A stretch of 64,000 nucleotides of DNA. Origin: an uncultured Aliarcobacter sp. (GTDB taxonomy: Bacteria; Campylobacterota; Campylobacteria; Campylobacterales; Arcobacteraceae). Below the pieces are notes generated by a model, which was not told the origin of the DNA, ran no database searches, and saw only the letters and a list, made by a program, of their open reading frames with translations. The translations under genes and the position numbers were made by a program. Of this stretch, positions 41,030 to 51,542 are shown in pieces (the stretch's first letter is position 1; every line of letters starts with the position of its first letter). The stretch lies in the NCBI GenBank assembly GCA_963664305.2, contig CAXXLV010000001.1:800001-864000 (forward strand). Direction: 5' to 3'.

Positions 41030-42030
41030 TTAAAAAACTACTTATAATCACCCTATTTTTAAGTGCTGTATTAAATGCAGAGATTATAAATGCAAAACAA
41101 CTGTTTAATAAAAAAATAGTAAAAGTAAAAAAAGAAGAAGTTATTGAGAATAAAAGTTTTTATGGAGTAACAAAGATTGATGAATCATCAATTGTTGATA
41201 TTGTAAGTAGATTTGATGGTTATATAACAAATTTAAATGCAAATAAGATTTATATGAATATCAAAAAAGGTGAAACTTTATATTCAATTTATTCTGATGA
41301 TATTTTATCTATTCAAAATGAACTTCAAATTGCAAAAGATATAAATAAAAATATCTATTCTTCAACACTTTTAAAACTTGAAAATTTAGATATATCAAAA
41401 GAAAATCAACAAAAAATTAAAGATGGGAAGTTAAATAATAGTGGACTAGTGGTTACTTCAAATTTTAATGGTATTTTACTTCAAAAAAACATAAATAATA
41501 AAAGTGCAGTTAAAAAAGGAACTACCCTACTTCAGTTAGGAAATCTAGATAAAATGTGGTTTATTGCTTCAATTTATCAAGATGATTTATCTTTTGTTAA
41601 AAAAGATAAAGAAGCAATGATTCATATTGATGGATTAAACAAAATGATTAACTCAAAAGTTGATTTTATCTACCCTATTTTTGATGAAAAAAGTAAAACA
41701 GTAAATGTTAGATTTATCATTGATAATGAAAATAATGAATTAATACCAAGTATGTTTGGTAAGGTTGATATAAATATCAAAAAAGAGATACTTTTAACTC
41801 TTCCAAAAACAGCTGTGTTAAAAAAAGCAAATAGTTTTTATGTATTTAAACCAACGTCAAATGATGAGTTTGAACCTGTAAAAATAAACGCAAAAAGAGT
41901 TGCTTCAAATAAATATCAAATAGTAAGTGGGCTTGAAGAAAATGATGAAGTTATTAATAATGCCCTATTCTTATTAGATTCAGATGCCGTAACAAATAAC
42001 TTATATGAATCAGACAATGAAGATTGGTAA
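41026..42030 (+). CDS. RND periplasmic adaptor (CusB/CzcB-like)
   Basis: RFDGYI, DFIYP, LLDSDA. Confidence 0.88.
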   Translation: MIKKLLIITLFLSAVLNAEIINAKQLFNKKIVKVKKEEVIENKSFYGVTKIDESSIVDIVSRFDGYITNLNANKIYMNIKKGETLYSIYSDDILSIQNELQIAKDINKNIYSSTLLKLENLDISKENQQKIKDGKLNNSGLVVTSNFNGILLQKNINNKSAVKKGTTLLQLGNLDKMWFIASIYQDDLSFVKKDKEAMIHIDGLNKMINSKVDFIYPIFDEKSKTVNVRFIIDNENNELIPSMFGKVDINIKKEILLTLPKTAVLKKANSFYVFKPTSNDEFEPVKINAKRVASNKYQIVSGLEENDEVINNALFLLDSDAVTNNLYESDNEDW

Positions 42031-42036
42031 AAAATT

Positions 42037-45000
42037 ATGGTAGAAAATATAATTTCATATAGTGTAAGAAATAAATTTTTAATTTTATTTTTTATTTTTA
42101 TATTAACACTTGGTTCTTTTTGGGCTGTAAAAAATACAAGTTTAGATGCATTACCAGATTTATCACCTCCTCAAGTAATAGTTCAAGTTGAATGGAGTGG
42201 ACAAAGTCCAAAAACAATTGAAGAACAAATCTCTTATCCATTAATTTCAAGTTTGATGAGTTTACCAAATATTCAAACTGTTCGTGCAATGAGTTCATTT
42301 TCAAATGCAATGATATATATTATTTTTAAAGATGGAACAGATTTATATGACTCAAGAAGTAGAATATTAGAACAACTTTCAACACTTCAAGGAACATTCC
42401 CTGAAGGTGCATCTGTTCAAATAGGTCCAGATGCAACTGGTGTTGGTTGGGCTTATGAATATGCGTTAAAATCAAAAACAAAAAGTTTAGAAGAACTTAG
42501 AACTTTACAAGATTATTATTATAAATTTGCCCTACTTGGAGTTGATGGAGTTAGTGAAATCGCAACAATTGGTGGTTATATAAAAAATTATGAAATAACT
42601 CTAAATCAGGATAAATTAGTTCAGTATGATTTGAGTATTGATGAAATTAAAAAAGTATTACAAGCGAACAATAGCGATACTGGTGGAAGAATAATTTTAG
42701 AAAATGGATATGAACATATTATAACTGCTCGTGGTTACTTAAAATCTGTTGTGGATATTGAAAATATCACAATTAAAACTTTAAATAATACACCACTAAA
42801 AATAAAAGATATTGCAACTGTTAATATCACTTCAACAAATAGAAGAGGAATGGCTGATTTAGATGGTGAAGGTGAAACTGTTGGAGGAATAGTTGTTGTT
42901 AGATTTGGTGAAAATCCATATAAAGTAATAAATGCAGTAAAAGAAAAACTAAAAACTCTAAATGTTCCAGATGTAGAAGTTGTCGAAGTTTATGATAGAA
43001 GTTCATTGATTGATAAAGCTATAGATACATTAAAAAGAACATTAGTAGAAGAATCAATTATTGTTATGATAATAGCTGGATTATTTTTATTTCATTTTAG
43101 AAGTGCATTAATTATTATTATAACTTTACCAATTACTGTTTTAATTAGTTTTTTACTAATGAAAGCATTTAATATAGGTTCAAATATTATGAGTTTAGGT
43201 GGAATTGCTATTGCAATTGGAGCAATGGTTGATGCAACGATTGTAATGGTTGAAAATGCACATAAACATTTACAAGGAAAAGAGAATATTACAAAAGAAG
43301 AAAGAGTAAGTATTATAATTGAATCAGCAAAACAAGTTGGTCGTCCAATATTTTTTGCATTGATACTTGTTGTAGTCTCTTTTTTACCAATCTTTGCTTT
43401 AAGTGGACAAGAAGGAAGGCTATTTTCTCCTTTAGCATTTACAAAATCATTTGCAATGATGACAGGTGCAATCTTATCAATAACATTAGTACCAATTTTG
43501 ATGATATTTTTGATAAAAGGAAAAATATTAAAAGAGGAAGAAAATTTATTAAATAGATTTTTTATAAAACTTTATTCACCGCTTTTACATCTTTCTTTAA
43601 AATTGAAATATTTAATAGTAGCAATATTTATAGGAACTTTAGTTTTTGCTGTAACAGTTTATGAAAAGCAAAAATGGGAATTTATGCCTATGATGAATGA
43701 ACAAACTTTTATGTATATGCCTGTAACTCCATATGGAATTGGGATTGATTTAGCAAAAGAGTTAGCACAAAAAACAAATATGGTAATCAAATCATTTCCT
43801 GAAGTTGAAAGTTCATTTGCAAAAGTAGGGCGTGCTCAAACTGCAACAGATCCAGCACCACTTGCAATGATTGAAACAATAATTACTTTTAAACCACAAA
43901 GTGAGTGGAGAGAAGGTATAACATATAAAAAATTAATGGAGGAAATGGATAAAAATCTTCAAGTTAATGGACTTATTAATTCATGGACATATCCAATTCG
44001 TGGACGTATAGATATGCTTTTAACAGGAATTAGAACGCCATTAGGTATAAAACTATATGGAAATAATCATGAATTACTTGAAACAACTGCTTCAAAGATA
44101 GAACAAGCATTAAAAAAATATGAAGGAACTTTATCTGTTTCAGCTGATAAAATGAATTCTGGATATTATTTGAATATTGAGATTAATGATGAAATGATTT
44201 CAAGATATGGAATAAGTAAAAAAGATGTATTAGAAGTAGTTTCTTTAGGAGTAGGGGGAAGTCAAATCTCTACTTATTTAGATAAATTAGAACGATATCC
44301 AATAAGTCTAAGATTTGAAATAACTCAAAGAGAAGATATAAAAGCTTTAGAAAATTTACAAATAAAAACAAAATTAGGTTATCAACCTCTAAGACTTTTT
44401 GCAGATTTAAAATATGAAGAAGGACCATCAGTTATAAAATCTGAAAAAGCATTAAATGTTAATTTTATATATATTACACCAAAAGATGGCTTTTCAGCAA
44501 AACAATATAAAGATGAAGCAAATAAGATTTTAAAAGAGATAAAGTTACCAGATGGTTACTATTTTGAATGGGCAGGACAAAGTGAATATTTAGAATCAGC
44601 AATGAAAAAATTATCATATATCATACCAATTACATTTATGATTATATTTATTTTAATCTATTTAGCTTTGAAAAATTTAACTTATACTTTTGTAATATTT
44701 TTTACATTACCTTTTGCTTTAACTGGAGGAATATTTTATTTAGAATATCTAAATTTTAATATCTCAATTGCAGTTATCGTAGGATTTTTAGCTTTATTGG
44801 GAGTTGCTGCTGAAACTTCTATTGTAATGTTAGTATATTTAGATGAAGCTATGAAAGAATTTTATAAAAATAAAGAAGAGTTTACAAATAAAAATATTGT
44901 TGAAACAATCTATAAAGGAGCAGTTTTAAGGCTTCGTCCAAAACTTATGACTCTATTTAGTATTTTAGGAGGTTTAATTCCAATTATGTATATAAATGGC

Positions 45001-45138
45001 GTAGGAAGTGAAGTTATGCAAAGAATTGCAGCACCAATGATTGGAGGAATGGTAAGTTCAACATTTTTGACACTTATAATAATTCCATCAATTTTTTATA
45101 TTATAATTTTAAAAAGAAATAATGTATCTACACATTAA
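42037..45138 (+). CDS. cusA: Cu/Ag RND efflux permease
   Basis: LDALPDLS, GPDATGVGW, GAMVDA; Met triad equivalents in YMP, PLAMIET and RIDML. Confidence 0.92.
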   Translation: MVENIISYSVRNKFLILFFIFILTLGSFWAVKNTSLDALPDLSPPQVIVQVEWSGQSPKTIEEQISYPLISSLMSLPNIQTVRAMSSFSNAMIYIIFKDGTDLYDSRSRILEQLSTLQGTFPEGASVQIGPDATGVGWAYEYALKSKTKSLEELRTLQDYYYKFALLGVDGVSEIATIGGYIKNYEITLNQDKLVQYDLSIDEIKKVLQANNSDTGGRIILENGYEHIITARGYLKSVVDIENITIKTLNNTPLKIKDIATVNITSTNRRGMADLDGEGETVGGIVVVRFGENPYKVINAVKEKLKTLNVPDVEVVEVYDRSSLIDKAIDTLKRTLVEESIIVMIIAGLFLFHFRSALIIIITLPITVLISFLLMKAFNIGSNIMSLGGIAIAIGAMVDATIVMVENAHKHLQGKENITKEERVSIIIESAKQVGRPIFFALILVVVSFLPIFALSGQEGRLFSPLAFTKSFAMMTGAILSITLVPILMIFLIKGKILKEEENLLNRFFIKLYSPLLHLSLKLKYLIVAIFIGTLVFAVTVYEKQKWEFMPMMNEQTFMYMPVTPYGIGIDLAKELAQKTNMVIKSFPEVESSFAKVGRAQTATDPAPLAMIETIITFKPQSEWREGITYKKLMEEMDKNLQVNGLINSWTYPIRGRIDMLLTGIRTPLGIKLYGNNHELLETTASKIEQALKKYEGTLSVSADKMNSGYYLNIEINDEMISRYGISKKDVLEVVSLGVGGSQISTYLDKLERYPISLRFEITQREDIKALENLQIKTKLGYQPLRLFADLKYEEGPSVIKSEKALNVNFIYITPKDGFSAKQYKDEANKILKEIKLPDGYYFEWAGQSEYLESAMKKLSYIIPITFMIIFILIYLALKNLTYTFVIFFTLPFALTGGIFYLEYLNFNISIAVIVGFLALLGVAAETSIVMLVYLDEAMKEFYKNKEEFTNKNIVETIYKGAVLRLRPKLMTLFSILGGLIPIMYINGVGSEVMQRIAAPMIGGMVSSTFLTLIIIPSIFYIIILKRNNVSTH

Positions 45139-45187
45139 ATAAACAATTATAATATAAAATTGTTCATCAATAAAATAAGGAGATAAT

Positions 45188-45766
45188 ATGAATTTCGTAA
45201 CAAAAGTGACAAGTGCATTGATTTTAAGTATGGGGTTAGCAAATGCTGCTATATACGATGTTGATACATCACATACAAATGTAGGTTTTACAGTAAAGCA
45301 TATGATGATTACAAATGTTAATGGAAATTTTGGTACTTATGATGCAAATATAGATTTTGATCCAGCAACAAAAACTTTTAAAACTTTTAGTGCAACAGTT
45401 GAAACAAACTCAATTAATACAGGAATAGAAAAAAGAGACGACCATTTAAGAAGTGAAGACTTTTTTGCTTCACAAAAATTCCCTAAAATGACTTTTGAAA
45501 TGACATCATATAAAGCAGATGGAACTGATGGAGAAATGAAAGGTAATCTAACAATTAGAGGAATTACTAAACCTGTAACTTTCAAAGTTGAAGACATTGG
45601 AACTATTAAAGATTTTAAAAATCAAAATAGGGTAGGGTTTGCTTTAAAAGGTAAAATAAACAGAATGGATTATGATTTAAAATGGAATAAAGCTTTAGAG
45701 TTAGGTGGTGTTGCTGTAGCTGAAGAAGTAAAAATTACTGTAGAAGTTGAAGCAGTAGAGAAATAG
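45188..45766 (+). CDS. yceI: YceI-family periplasmic protein
   Basis: HTNVGFTVKHM, RDDHLRSEDFF, LTIRGITK. Confidence 0.92.
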   Translation: MNFVTKVTSALILSMGLANAAIYDVDTSHTNVGFTVKHMMITNVNGNFGTYDANIDFDPATKTFKTFSATVETNSINTGIEKRDDHLRSEDFFASQKFPKMTFEMTSYKADGTDGEMKGNLTIRGITKPVTFKVEDIGTIKDFKNQNRVGFALKGKINRMDYDLKWNKALELGGVAVAEEVKITVEVEAVEK

Positions 45767-45809
45767 TATATTATAATTAGAGAATTAAATTTAAAAAAGA
45801 GGAAAAAGA

Positions 45810-46133
45810 ATGAAAATTAAATTAGCAGGGTTATTATTTGGAGCATTATTAGCAACTACATCGTTATTTGCAGCAAGTTCTTGTGGAGCAGGTAAATGTG
45901 GTGGAGAAATGAAAAAAGAGATGATTGAGAAAAAAAGCTCTTCTTGTGGTACTGGTAAATGTGGTGCAAATATGAAAGAAGAAGTAAAATCAGGTTCTTG
46001 TGGTGTTGGTAAATGTGGTGGCCCAATGAAAAATGACATGTCTAAAATGAATAATGAAATGAAAGATACAAAAAAAGAGATGAAAGAAGAAGTTAAAGGT
46101 TCTTGTGGTTCAGGAAAATGTGGTTCTAAATAA
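45810..46133 (+). CDS. Secreted Cys/Met-rich peptide with four SCGxGKCG repeats (HvfA-like)
   Basis: Signal peptide; SCGAGKCG, SCGTGKCG, SCGVGKCG, SCGSGKCG; GAGGA RBS. Confidence 0.8.
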   Translation: MKIKLAGLLFGALLATTSLFAASSCGAGKCGGEMKKEMIEKKSSSCGTGKCGANMKEEVKSGSCGVGKCGGPMKNDMSKMNNEMKDTKKEMKEEVKGSCGSGKCGSK

Positions 46134-46141
46134 TCATTTAT

Positions 46142-46165
46142 AAAAAGCCTCTTTTGAGGTTTTTT
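46142..46165. terminator. Bidirectional terminator
   Basis: AAAAAGCCTC-TTTT-GAGGTTTTTT between convergent genes. Confidence 0.7.
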
Positions 46166-47522
46166 ATATGGTCTTGTTGCAGATAGTTTTTAAAAGATTA
46201 TTTGTATAAAAATATGCAAAAATAGCTGCACTATAAATCATAACTAATATACCAACCCAAAGATATATAAAATCCAATTCAAAAAGTTTTACTATTACAA
46301 ATGCAATTAAAAGTTTTGCAATAATTTGTCTATATAAAGCAATATATAAAATCATTTTAGGTTGTTTAATCGCTTGTAAAGTAGATACACAAATAAATAA
46401 AACTACATAAGCGTAAAATATCCATATCTCAACTAATAAATATTTTATTCCAAAATCAATAACTATTGGTGTAGAATCAAATAAAGATATTAAAAATTTG
46501 CCAAAAATAGTAAGAACAATAATTCCAACCGTTGATAAAATAAATCCATATTTAATAGAAACTCTTAATGTTTCAATAACTCTATCATATTTTTTTGCTC
46601 CAAAGTTATTTGAAACTATTGTTAAAACAGCAGTGCTTAGTCCCAAAATTGGTAAAAGCATAAGTTGTTCAACTCTAAAAGCAATTCCATATCCTGCAAC
46701 TGCCATTACTCCATATTGAGCAACAAAATAAGTAAGTATAACTGAACCAATAGACATAATAAGCATATTTAAACTAGAAGGAATACCTTGTGTTAGAAAT
46801 AGTTTATAGACTCTAAAATCTGGCAAGAAATAAGAGAGTTTTTCAAAATGAATAACTTTTGTTTGTAAAACTTTATAAAACATATAAATCATATTTATTA
46901 TTTGAATTAAAACTGTTGCAAATGAAATACCAGATAGTCCCATTGCTGGAATAAATAAAAAACCAAACATAAACAGTGGATTTAGAACTAAGTTAGCAAA
47001 GAAACCAAAAATCAAAGTATTTCTATATGTTTTTGTATCTCCAAGTGCTACTAATATAGAATTTAGCGAGAAATTAAACATAAAAAATATTGTTCCAAAT
47101 AAAATAGGATTTATATATGTTATAGCATCTTGTAAGTATTCATCACGTGCACCAAGTAATACAAACATAGAAGGAGCAAAAATATAACCTAATATAGTAA
47201 GAAAAACACCAAGTATAGGAATAAATAGTAAACCTTTATGTGCATGAATTGATGCTAGTTTATTTTTTCTTTTACCAAATGAATTCCCAAGTATTGCAGT
47301 AATTGCTGAACTAAATCCATATCCTAAACCAATAATTAGGAAAAATACCATAAATGATATTGTTAAAGCAGAAACAGCTTGTGTTGAAATAAATCCTGCA
47401 TAATAAGTATCTATGACATTATATAGAGTATTAAAAAGCATTCCTGTACTTGCAGGAATGGCTAATTGTTTTAGTAAAGATGAAATATTTTCGTTTAGTA
47501 AGTTTTTTGAGTTAGTTTTCAA
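46164..47522 (-). CDS. MATE-family efflux transporter
   Basis: ~12 TM segments; LAIP...LYNVIDTYY; NLVLNPLFMFG. Confidence 0.9.
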   Translation of the reverse strand: MKTNSKNLLNENISSLLKQLAIPASTGMLFNTLYNVIDTYYAGFISTQAVSALTISFMVFFLIIGLGYGFSSAITAILGNSFGKRKNKLASIHAHKGLLFIPILGVFLTILGYIFAPSMFVLLGARDEYLQDAITYINPILFGTIFFMFNFSLNSILVALGDTKTYRNTLIFGFFANLVLNPLFMFGFLFIPAMGLSGISFATVLIQIINMIYMFYKVLQTKVIHFEKLSYFLPDFRVYKLFLTQGIPSSLNMLIMSIGSVILTYFVAQYGVMAVAGYGIAFRVEQLMLLPILGLSTAVLTIVSNNFGAKKYDRVIETLRVSIKYGFILSTVGIIVLTIFGKFLISLFDSTPIVIDFGIKYLLVEIWIFYAYVVLFICVSTLQAIKQPKMILYIALYRQIIAKLLIAFVIVKLFELDFIYLWVGILVMIYSAAIFAYFYTNNLLKTICNKTI

Positions 47523-47537
47523 GAGAAGATAAAAGAG

Positions 47538-48800
47538 TTACTCTTCTATTCTTATCATTGCTGGTTTTGCAAGAACAACACCAGAATTTTCTAGCTCATT
47601 GATAGCTTTTAAAATATCTTTTTCAACACAAGTGTGTGTTGTTAAAAGAAGATTTGCATTTTGTGTTTTTAATGGTTTTTGCATCATTGCTTCAATAGAA
47701 ATAGAATTATCTCCAAAGATTGTTGCCACTTTTGCTAAAGTACCAGATTTATCAGCTACTTCAAGTCTTAGATAATATTTTGTTTGAATATTTTCTTTAG
47801 ACATTAAAGATATTTTTTCACCTGGTTGATTTTCAAAACCAAGCATTGGTGAACCTTTTCCTTTTCTTGCAATATCTATAATATTTGCAACAACTGCTGA
47901 TGCTGTTGCATCTCCACCTGCTCCTGCTCCATAGAACATTGTTTCACCAACTTTATCTCCAACAACAGAGATACCGTTCATTACACCATCAACTTTTGCA
48001 ATCATTTTATCTTGTGGAATTAAAACTGGATGAACTCTTAATTCAATTTCACTACCAACTTTTTTTGCAATTCCTAAAAGTTTAATAGAGTATTCAAACT
48101 CTTTTGCAAAATCGATATCTGCTTTTGTGATATTTTGAATACCTTCTATTAAGATATCTTCTGGTTTAACATCAATTCCATATGCAATAGAACCAAGAAT
48201 TAGAAGTTTATGCGCAGCATCAAAACCACCAACATCAAACGTTGGGTCAGCTTCTGCATATCCTAATTCTTGAGCTTCTTTTAATATCTCATTATAATTA
48301 ACACCATCATTAATCATACGAGTTAGCATATAGTTACAAGTTCCATTCATAATACCTTGAATAGATTTAATGTGATTTGCACTTAATCCATCTCTTAAAG
48401 CATTAATGATTGGAATTCCTCCTGCAACTGCTGCTTCAAATTCAAATGGAATATCTCCAGCTAATTCTTGAAGTTCATATCTATGATAAGCTAATAAAGC
48501 CTTATTTGCTGTAACAACAGCTTTACCTTTTAATAAAGCTTTTTTTACGATTTCGTAAGGTTTCTCTATTCCACCCATTAATTCAACAACAATGTCAATT
48601 GAATCATCTTCTAATATTTCATCAGCATTAGTAGTTAATTTAATACTAACATCTCTTTTTTTATCTAAGTTTGAAACTACACCAATGGTTGGTACAATTT
48701 CTTTTCCCGCACGTGCAGTGATAATATTTTTATTTTCTAATAAAATATTCGCAACGCTTGTTCCAACTGTACCAACACCTATAATTCCAACTTTTAACAT
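47538..48800 (-). CDS. hom: Homoserine dehydrogenase (with ACT domain)
   Basis: GVGTVG, VTANKA, EAAVAGGIP, GYAEADP. Confidence 0.95.
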   Translation of the reverse strand: MLKVGIIGVGTVGTSVANILLENKNIITARAGKEIVPTIGVVSNLDKKRDVSIKLTTNADEILEDDSIDIVVELMGGIEKPYEIVKKALLKGKAVVTANKALLAYHRYELQELAGDIPFEFEAAVAGGIPIINALRDGLSANHIKSIQGIMNGTCNYMLTRMINDGVNYNEILKEAQELGYAEADPTFDVGGFDAAHKLLILGSIAYGIDVKPEDILIEGIQNITKADIDFAKEFEYSIKLLGIAKKVGSEIELRVHPVLIPQDKMIAKVDGVMNGISVVGDKVGETMFYGAGAGGDATASAVVANIIDIARKGKGSPMLGFENQPGEKISLMSKENIQTKYYLRLEVADKSGTLAKVATIFGDNSISIEAMMQKPLKTQNANLLLTTHTCVEKDILKAINELENSGVVLAKPAMIRIEE

Positions 48801-48809
48801 ACTAATTTC

Positions 48810-50024
48810 CTATTTTTCTAATGATTTTAAATATTTTTTTATATTTTTTGCAGCTTGTCTAATTCTTTTTTCATTTTCAATTAATGCAATTCTCACATAT
48901 TGGTCACCATAATGTCCAAATCCAATTCCAGGACTTACTGCAACTTGTGCTTGAGTTAATAATTGTTTAGAAAATTCCATACTTCCTAAGTGAGCTGCAA
49001 CTTCTGGGATTTTTGCCCAAATAAACATCGATGCATTAGGTTTATTCATAACCCATCCAGCATCTGCAAATGTTTCAAGCATTAAATCTCTTCTTTTTCT
49101 ATATTTTTCAACATGCTCATCAACACACTCTTGTGGACCATCAAGTGCAACAGTAGCAGCAATTTGAATAGGAGTAAACATACCATAGTCAAGCCATGAT
49201 TTAATTCTTTTTAATGCACCGATTAATCTTTCATTTCCAACGATACATCCAACTCTCCATCCTGCCATATTATATGATTTACTTAATGTAAAACATTCCA
49301 CTGCAACATCAAGTGCACCTTCTGCTTGGAAAATAGAAGGAGTTTTATATCCATCAAATGTAATATCAGCATATGCAATATCAGAGATGATATAGAATCT
49401 CTCTTTTTTTGCCATAGCTACTAATTTTGTGTAAAATTCTGGAGTAACTGTTGCACAAGAAGGATTGTGAGGAAAGTTAACAACAACAAATTTTACTTTT
49501 GGAATTGATTCATTAATTGTTTTTTGTAATCTTTCAAAGAATAAATCTTCATCAACTTTAAATGTATCATCAAATGATAATTCAAATTTATGAACAGCTG
49601 CCCCATTTAACATAAATGCATATGAGTGGATTGGATAAGTTGGGTCTGGAACAACAGCAACATCACCAACATTTACAACAGCTTGAACTAAATGAACATA
49701 ACCCTCTTTTGAACCCATAGTTGCACAAGCATGTTTATTAGGGTCTAAGAAATCTACATTATATTTTCTTTTATACCAATTACAAATAGCAAGTCTTAAT
49801 TTATAAATTCCAGCACTTGCACTATAACCATGATTTTTTGGTTTTGCAGCAGCTTCGATTAATTTATCTGTAATGTGTTGTGGTGCAGGACCATCTGGAT
49901 TTCCCATTGAAAAGTCAATTACATCTTCACCAGCACGTCTAGCTTCCATTTTAATATTATTTACTTCTGCAAACACATAGTTTGGAAGTCTTTTCATTCT
50001 TTCAAATTCAAATTCGTGGAACAT
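48810..50024 (-). CDS. Class I PLP aminotransferase (AlaC/LL-DAP aminotransferase-like)
   Basis: MGNPD, NFPHNP, SKSYNMAGWRVG. Confidence 0.88.
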   Translation of the reverse strand: MFHEFEFERMKRLPNYVFAEVNNIKMEARRAGEDVIDFSMGNPDGPAPQHITDKLIEAAAKPKNHGYSASAGIYKLRLAICNWYKRKYNVDFLDPNKHACATMGSKEGYVHLVQAVVNVGDVAVVPDPTYPIHSYAFMLNGAAVHKFELSFDDTFKVDEDLFFERLQKTINESIPKVKFVVVNFPHNPSCATVTPEFYTKLVAMAKKERFYIISDIAYADITFDGYKTPSIFQAEGALDVAVECFTLSKSYNMAGWRVGCIVGNERLIGALKRIKSWLDYGMFTPIQIAATVALDGPQECVDEHVEKYRKRRDLMLETFADAGWVMNKPNASMFIWAKIPEVAAHLGSMEFSKQLLTQAQVAVSPGIGFGHYGDQYVRIALIENEKRIRQAAKNIKKYLKSLEK

Positions 50025-50030
50025 TTTATA

Positions 50031-50840
50031 CTACTCCTTAGTAATGTTAAGCCCATATTTTAAATTAGTTAGGCTATAAAAATCATCAATTTTGATATAT
50101 TTTGTATTATTCGGTACATCAAGTTTTAAACTTTTGTACAAACTATCTTTTTCAACAACTTCTATAATATTGAAATCATTGTCATAGAAGATTATACTTG
50201 GATACCAACTATTACCAGCATTTGGGTTTATTGTTATACTTGAAATATTTGCCACTTGAACAATATAAGGTTTAAGTGGTTTTCTTAACGATAATTGGTT
50301 TGTATTTATTAAATCTTCTGCTTTATAAATTGTAGAATTACTTGAATCTATATAGTAACTCCATTTATAATTTCCCTCTCTTTTAATATCAACAATATTG
50401 CAGTTTACACCCTGTAACTCTTGAGATAATCTGAGAGGGCTTATGGCGGCTGCGGTTTTTAATTTTATCATCCATTTAAGTTGATTATCTACAACAACTT
50501 CACCTTGTGTGATAAAATCTTGATAACCTAATACTCTTAATATATCATTTATATTTTTCATTGATTTTTTAGGATTTGAATTGAAGTAAAATGTTGCTTC
50601 AATATTTTGAACAGAATCTAAATTTAATTTTAATATCCCATTATTTGATAGTTCTTGACTAATTTTTGTGTAATCAAGTTGACCATTTTTATAGAAATTA
50701 CTAGAGTTTCTAAATATATGATTAATCAAATTTCTATGTGTATTATAATCTGCATTTCCAAGCAGATTTAAAACAGCATCATTTACACTTGCATAAGAAC
50801 TTATATATAATGAAATGATTAAAATTAATTTTTTTATCAT
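50031..50840 (-). CDS. Hypothetical periplasmic protein
   Basis: Signal peptide; lies within the operon. Confidence 0.75.
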   Translation of the reverse strand: MIKKLILIISLYISSYASVNDAVLNLLGNADYNTHRNLINHIFRNSSNFYKNGQLDYTKISQELSNNGILKLNLDSVQNIEATFYFNSNPKKSMKNINDILRVLGYQDFITQGEVVVDNQLKWMIKLKTAAAISPLRLSQELQGVNCNIVDIKREGNYKWSYYIDSSNSTIYKAEDLINTNQLSLRKPLKPYIVQVANISSITINPNAGNSWYPSIIFYDNDFNIIEVVEKDSLYKSLKLDVPNNTKYIKIDDFYSLTNLKYGLNITKE

Positions 50841-50852
50841 GATATTCTTCTT

Positions 50853-51542
50853 TTATCTTTTTAGATTGTAAATTAAAATCCCAGCTGCTACAGAAACATT
50901 TAAAGAATCAAATTCGTGTTCCATTCCAATAGAAACTTTTAAATCAAGTTTTTTTGCAACTTTTGGAGAAATTCCTTCTCCTTCACTTCCTAAAAATAGA
51001 GCAACTTTATCAGTTTTTTCTATTTTTCCATATTTTTTTAAATCTACTCCATCCATTGTTGCACCAATTAGTGTGAATCCACAATCGATTAATTCACTAG
51101 CTAAATCAGCACTTCTTGGATGAACTAAAAATGGTAAATCAAGTAAAGCACCAGAACTAGTTCTTATAACTCCAGAATCATTTACAGTTTTAATATTTGA
51201 AGCAATTAATCCTTCAATTCCTAAAGAGTATGCAGTTCTTGCAATTGCTCCAATGTTTCCAACATCTGTTACACCATCTAATACTAAAATAAAATTCATT
51301 TTTTTGAATTCTTTAATATCTGTATAACCAACTGGAGATAGTTTTAAAAAGAAACCTTGATGGTTTCCACCTTTTGCTAATGCTTGAGCTTTTTGATTAT
51401 CCACTTTATGGATTTTTTTATCAAGTTTTGCAAATCTTGTGAAAAGTTTTTTATCAATTTCTTTTGAAAGAAAAACTTCTTCTATTAAATGAGGGTGATT
51501 GTCAAGTACGTAAAGTACGATTTGTTTTCCATATATTATCAT
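50853..51542 (-). CDS. rlmB: 23S rRNA Gm2251 methyltransferase (SpoU family)
   Basis: NHQG, GNIGAIAR, GSEGEG, SLNVSVA. Confidence 0.92.
   Translation of the reverse strand: MIIYGKQIVLYVLDNHPHLIEEVFLSKEIDKKLFTRFAKLDKKIHKVDNQKAQALAKGGNHQGFFLKLSPVGYTDIKEFKKMNFILVLDGVTDVGNIGAIARTAYSLGIEGLIASNIKTVNDSGVIRTSSGALLDLPFLVHPRSADLASELIDCGFTLIGATMDGVDLKKYGKIEKTDKVALFLGSEGEGISPKVAKKLDLKVSIGMEHEFDSLNVSVAAGILIYNLKR

Noticed and set aside
45791..46039. PHLP-repeat ORF on the minus strand
   Set aside because: Antisense shadow of the GKCG-repeat gene, which has the RBS and signal peptide
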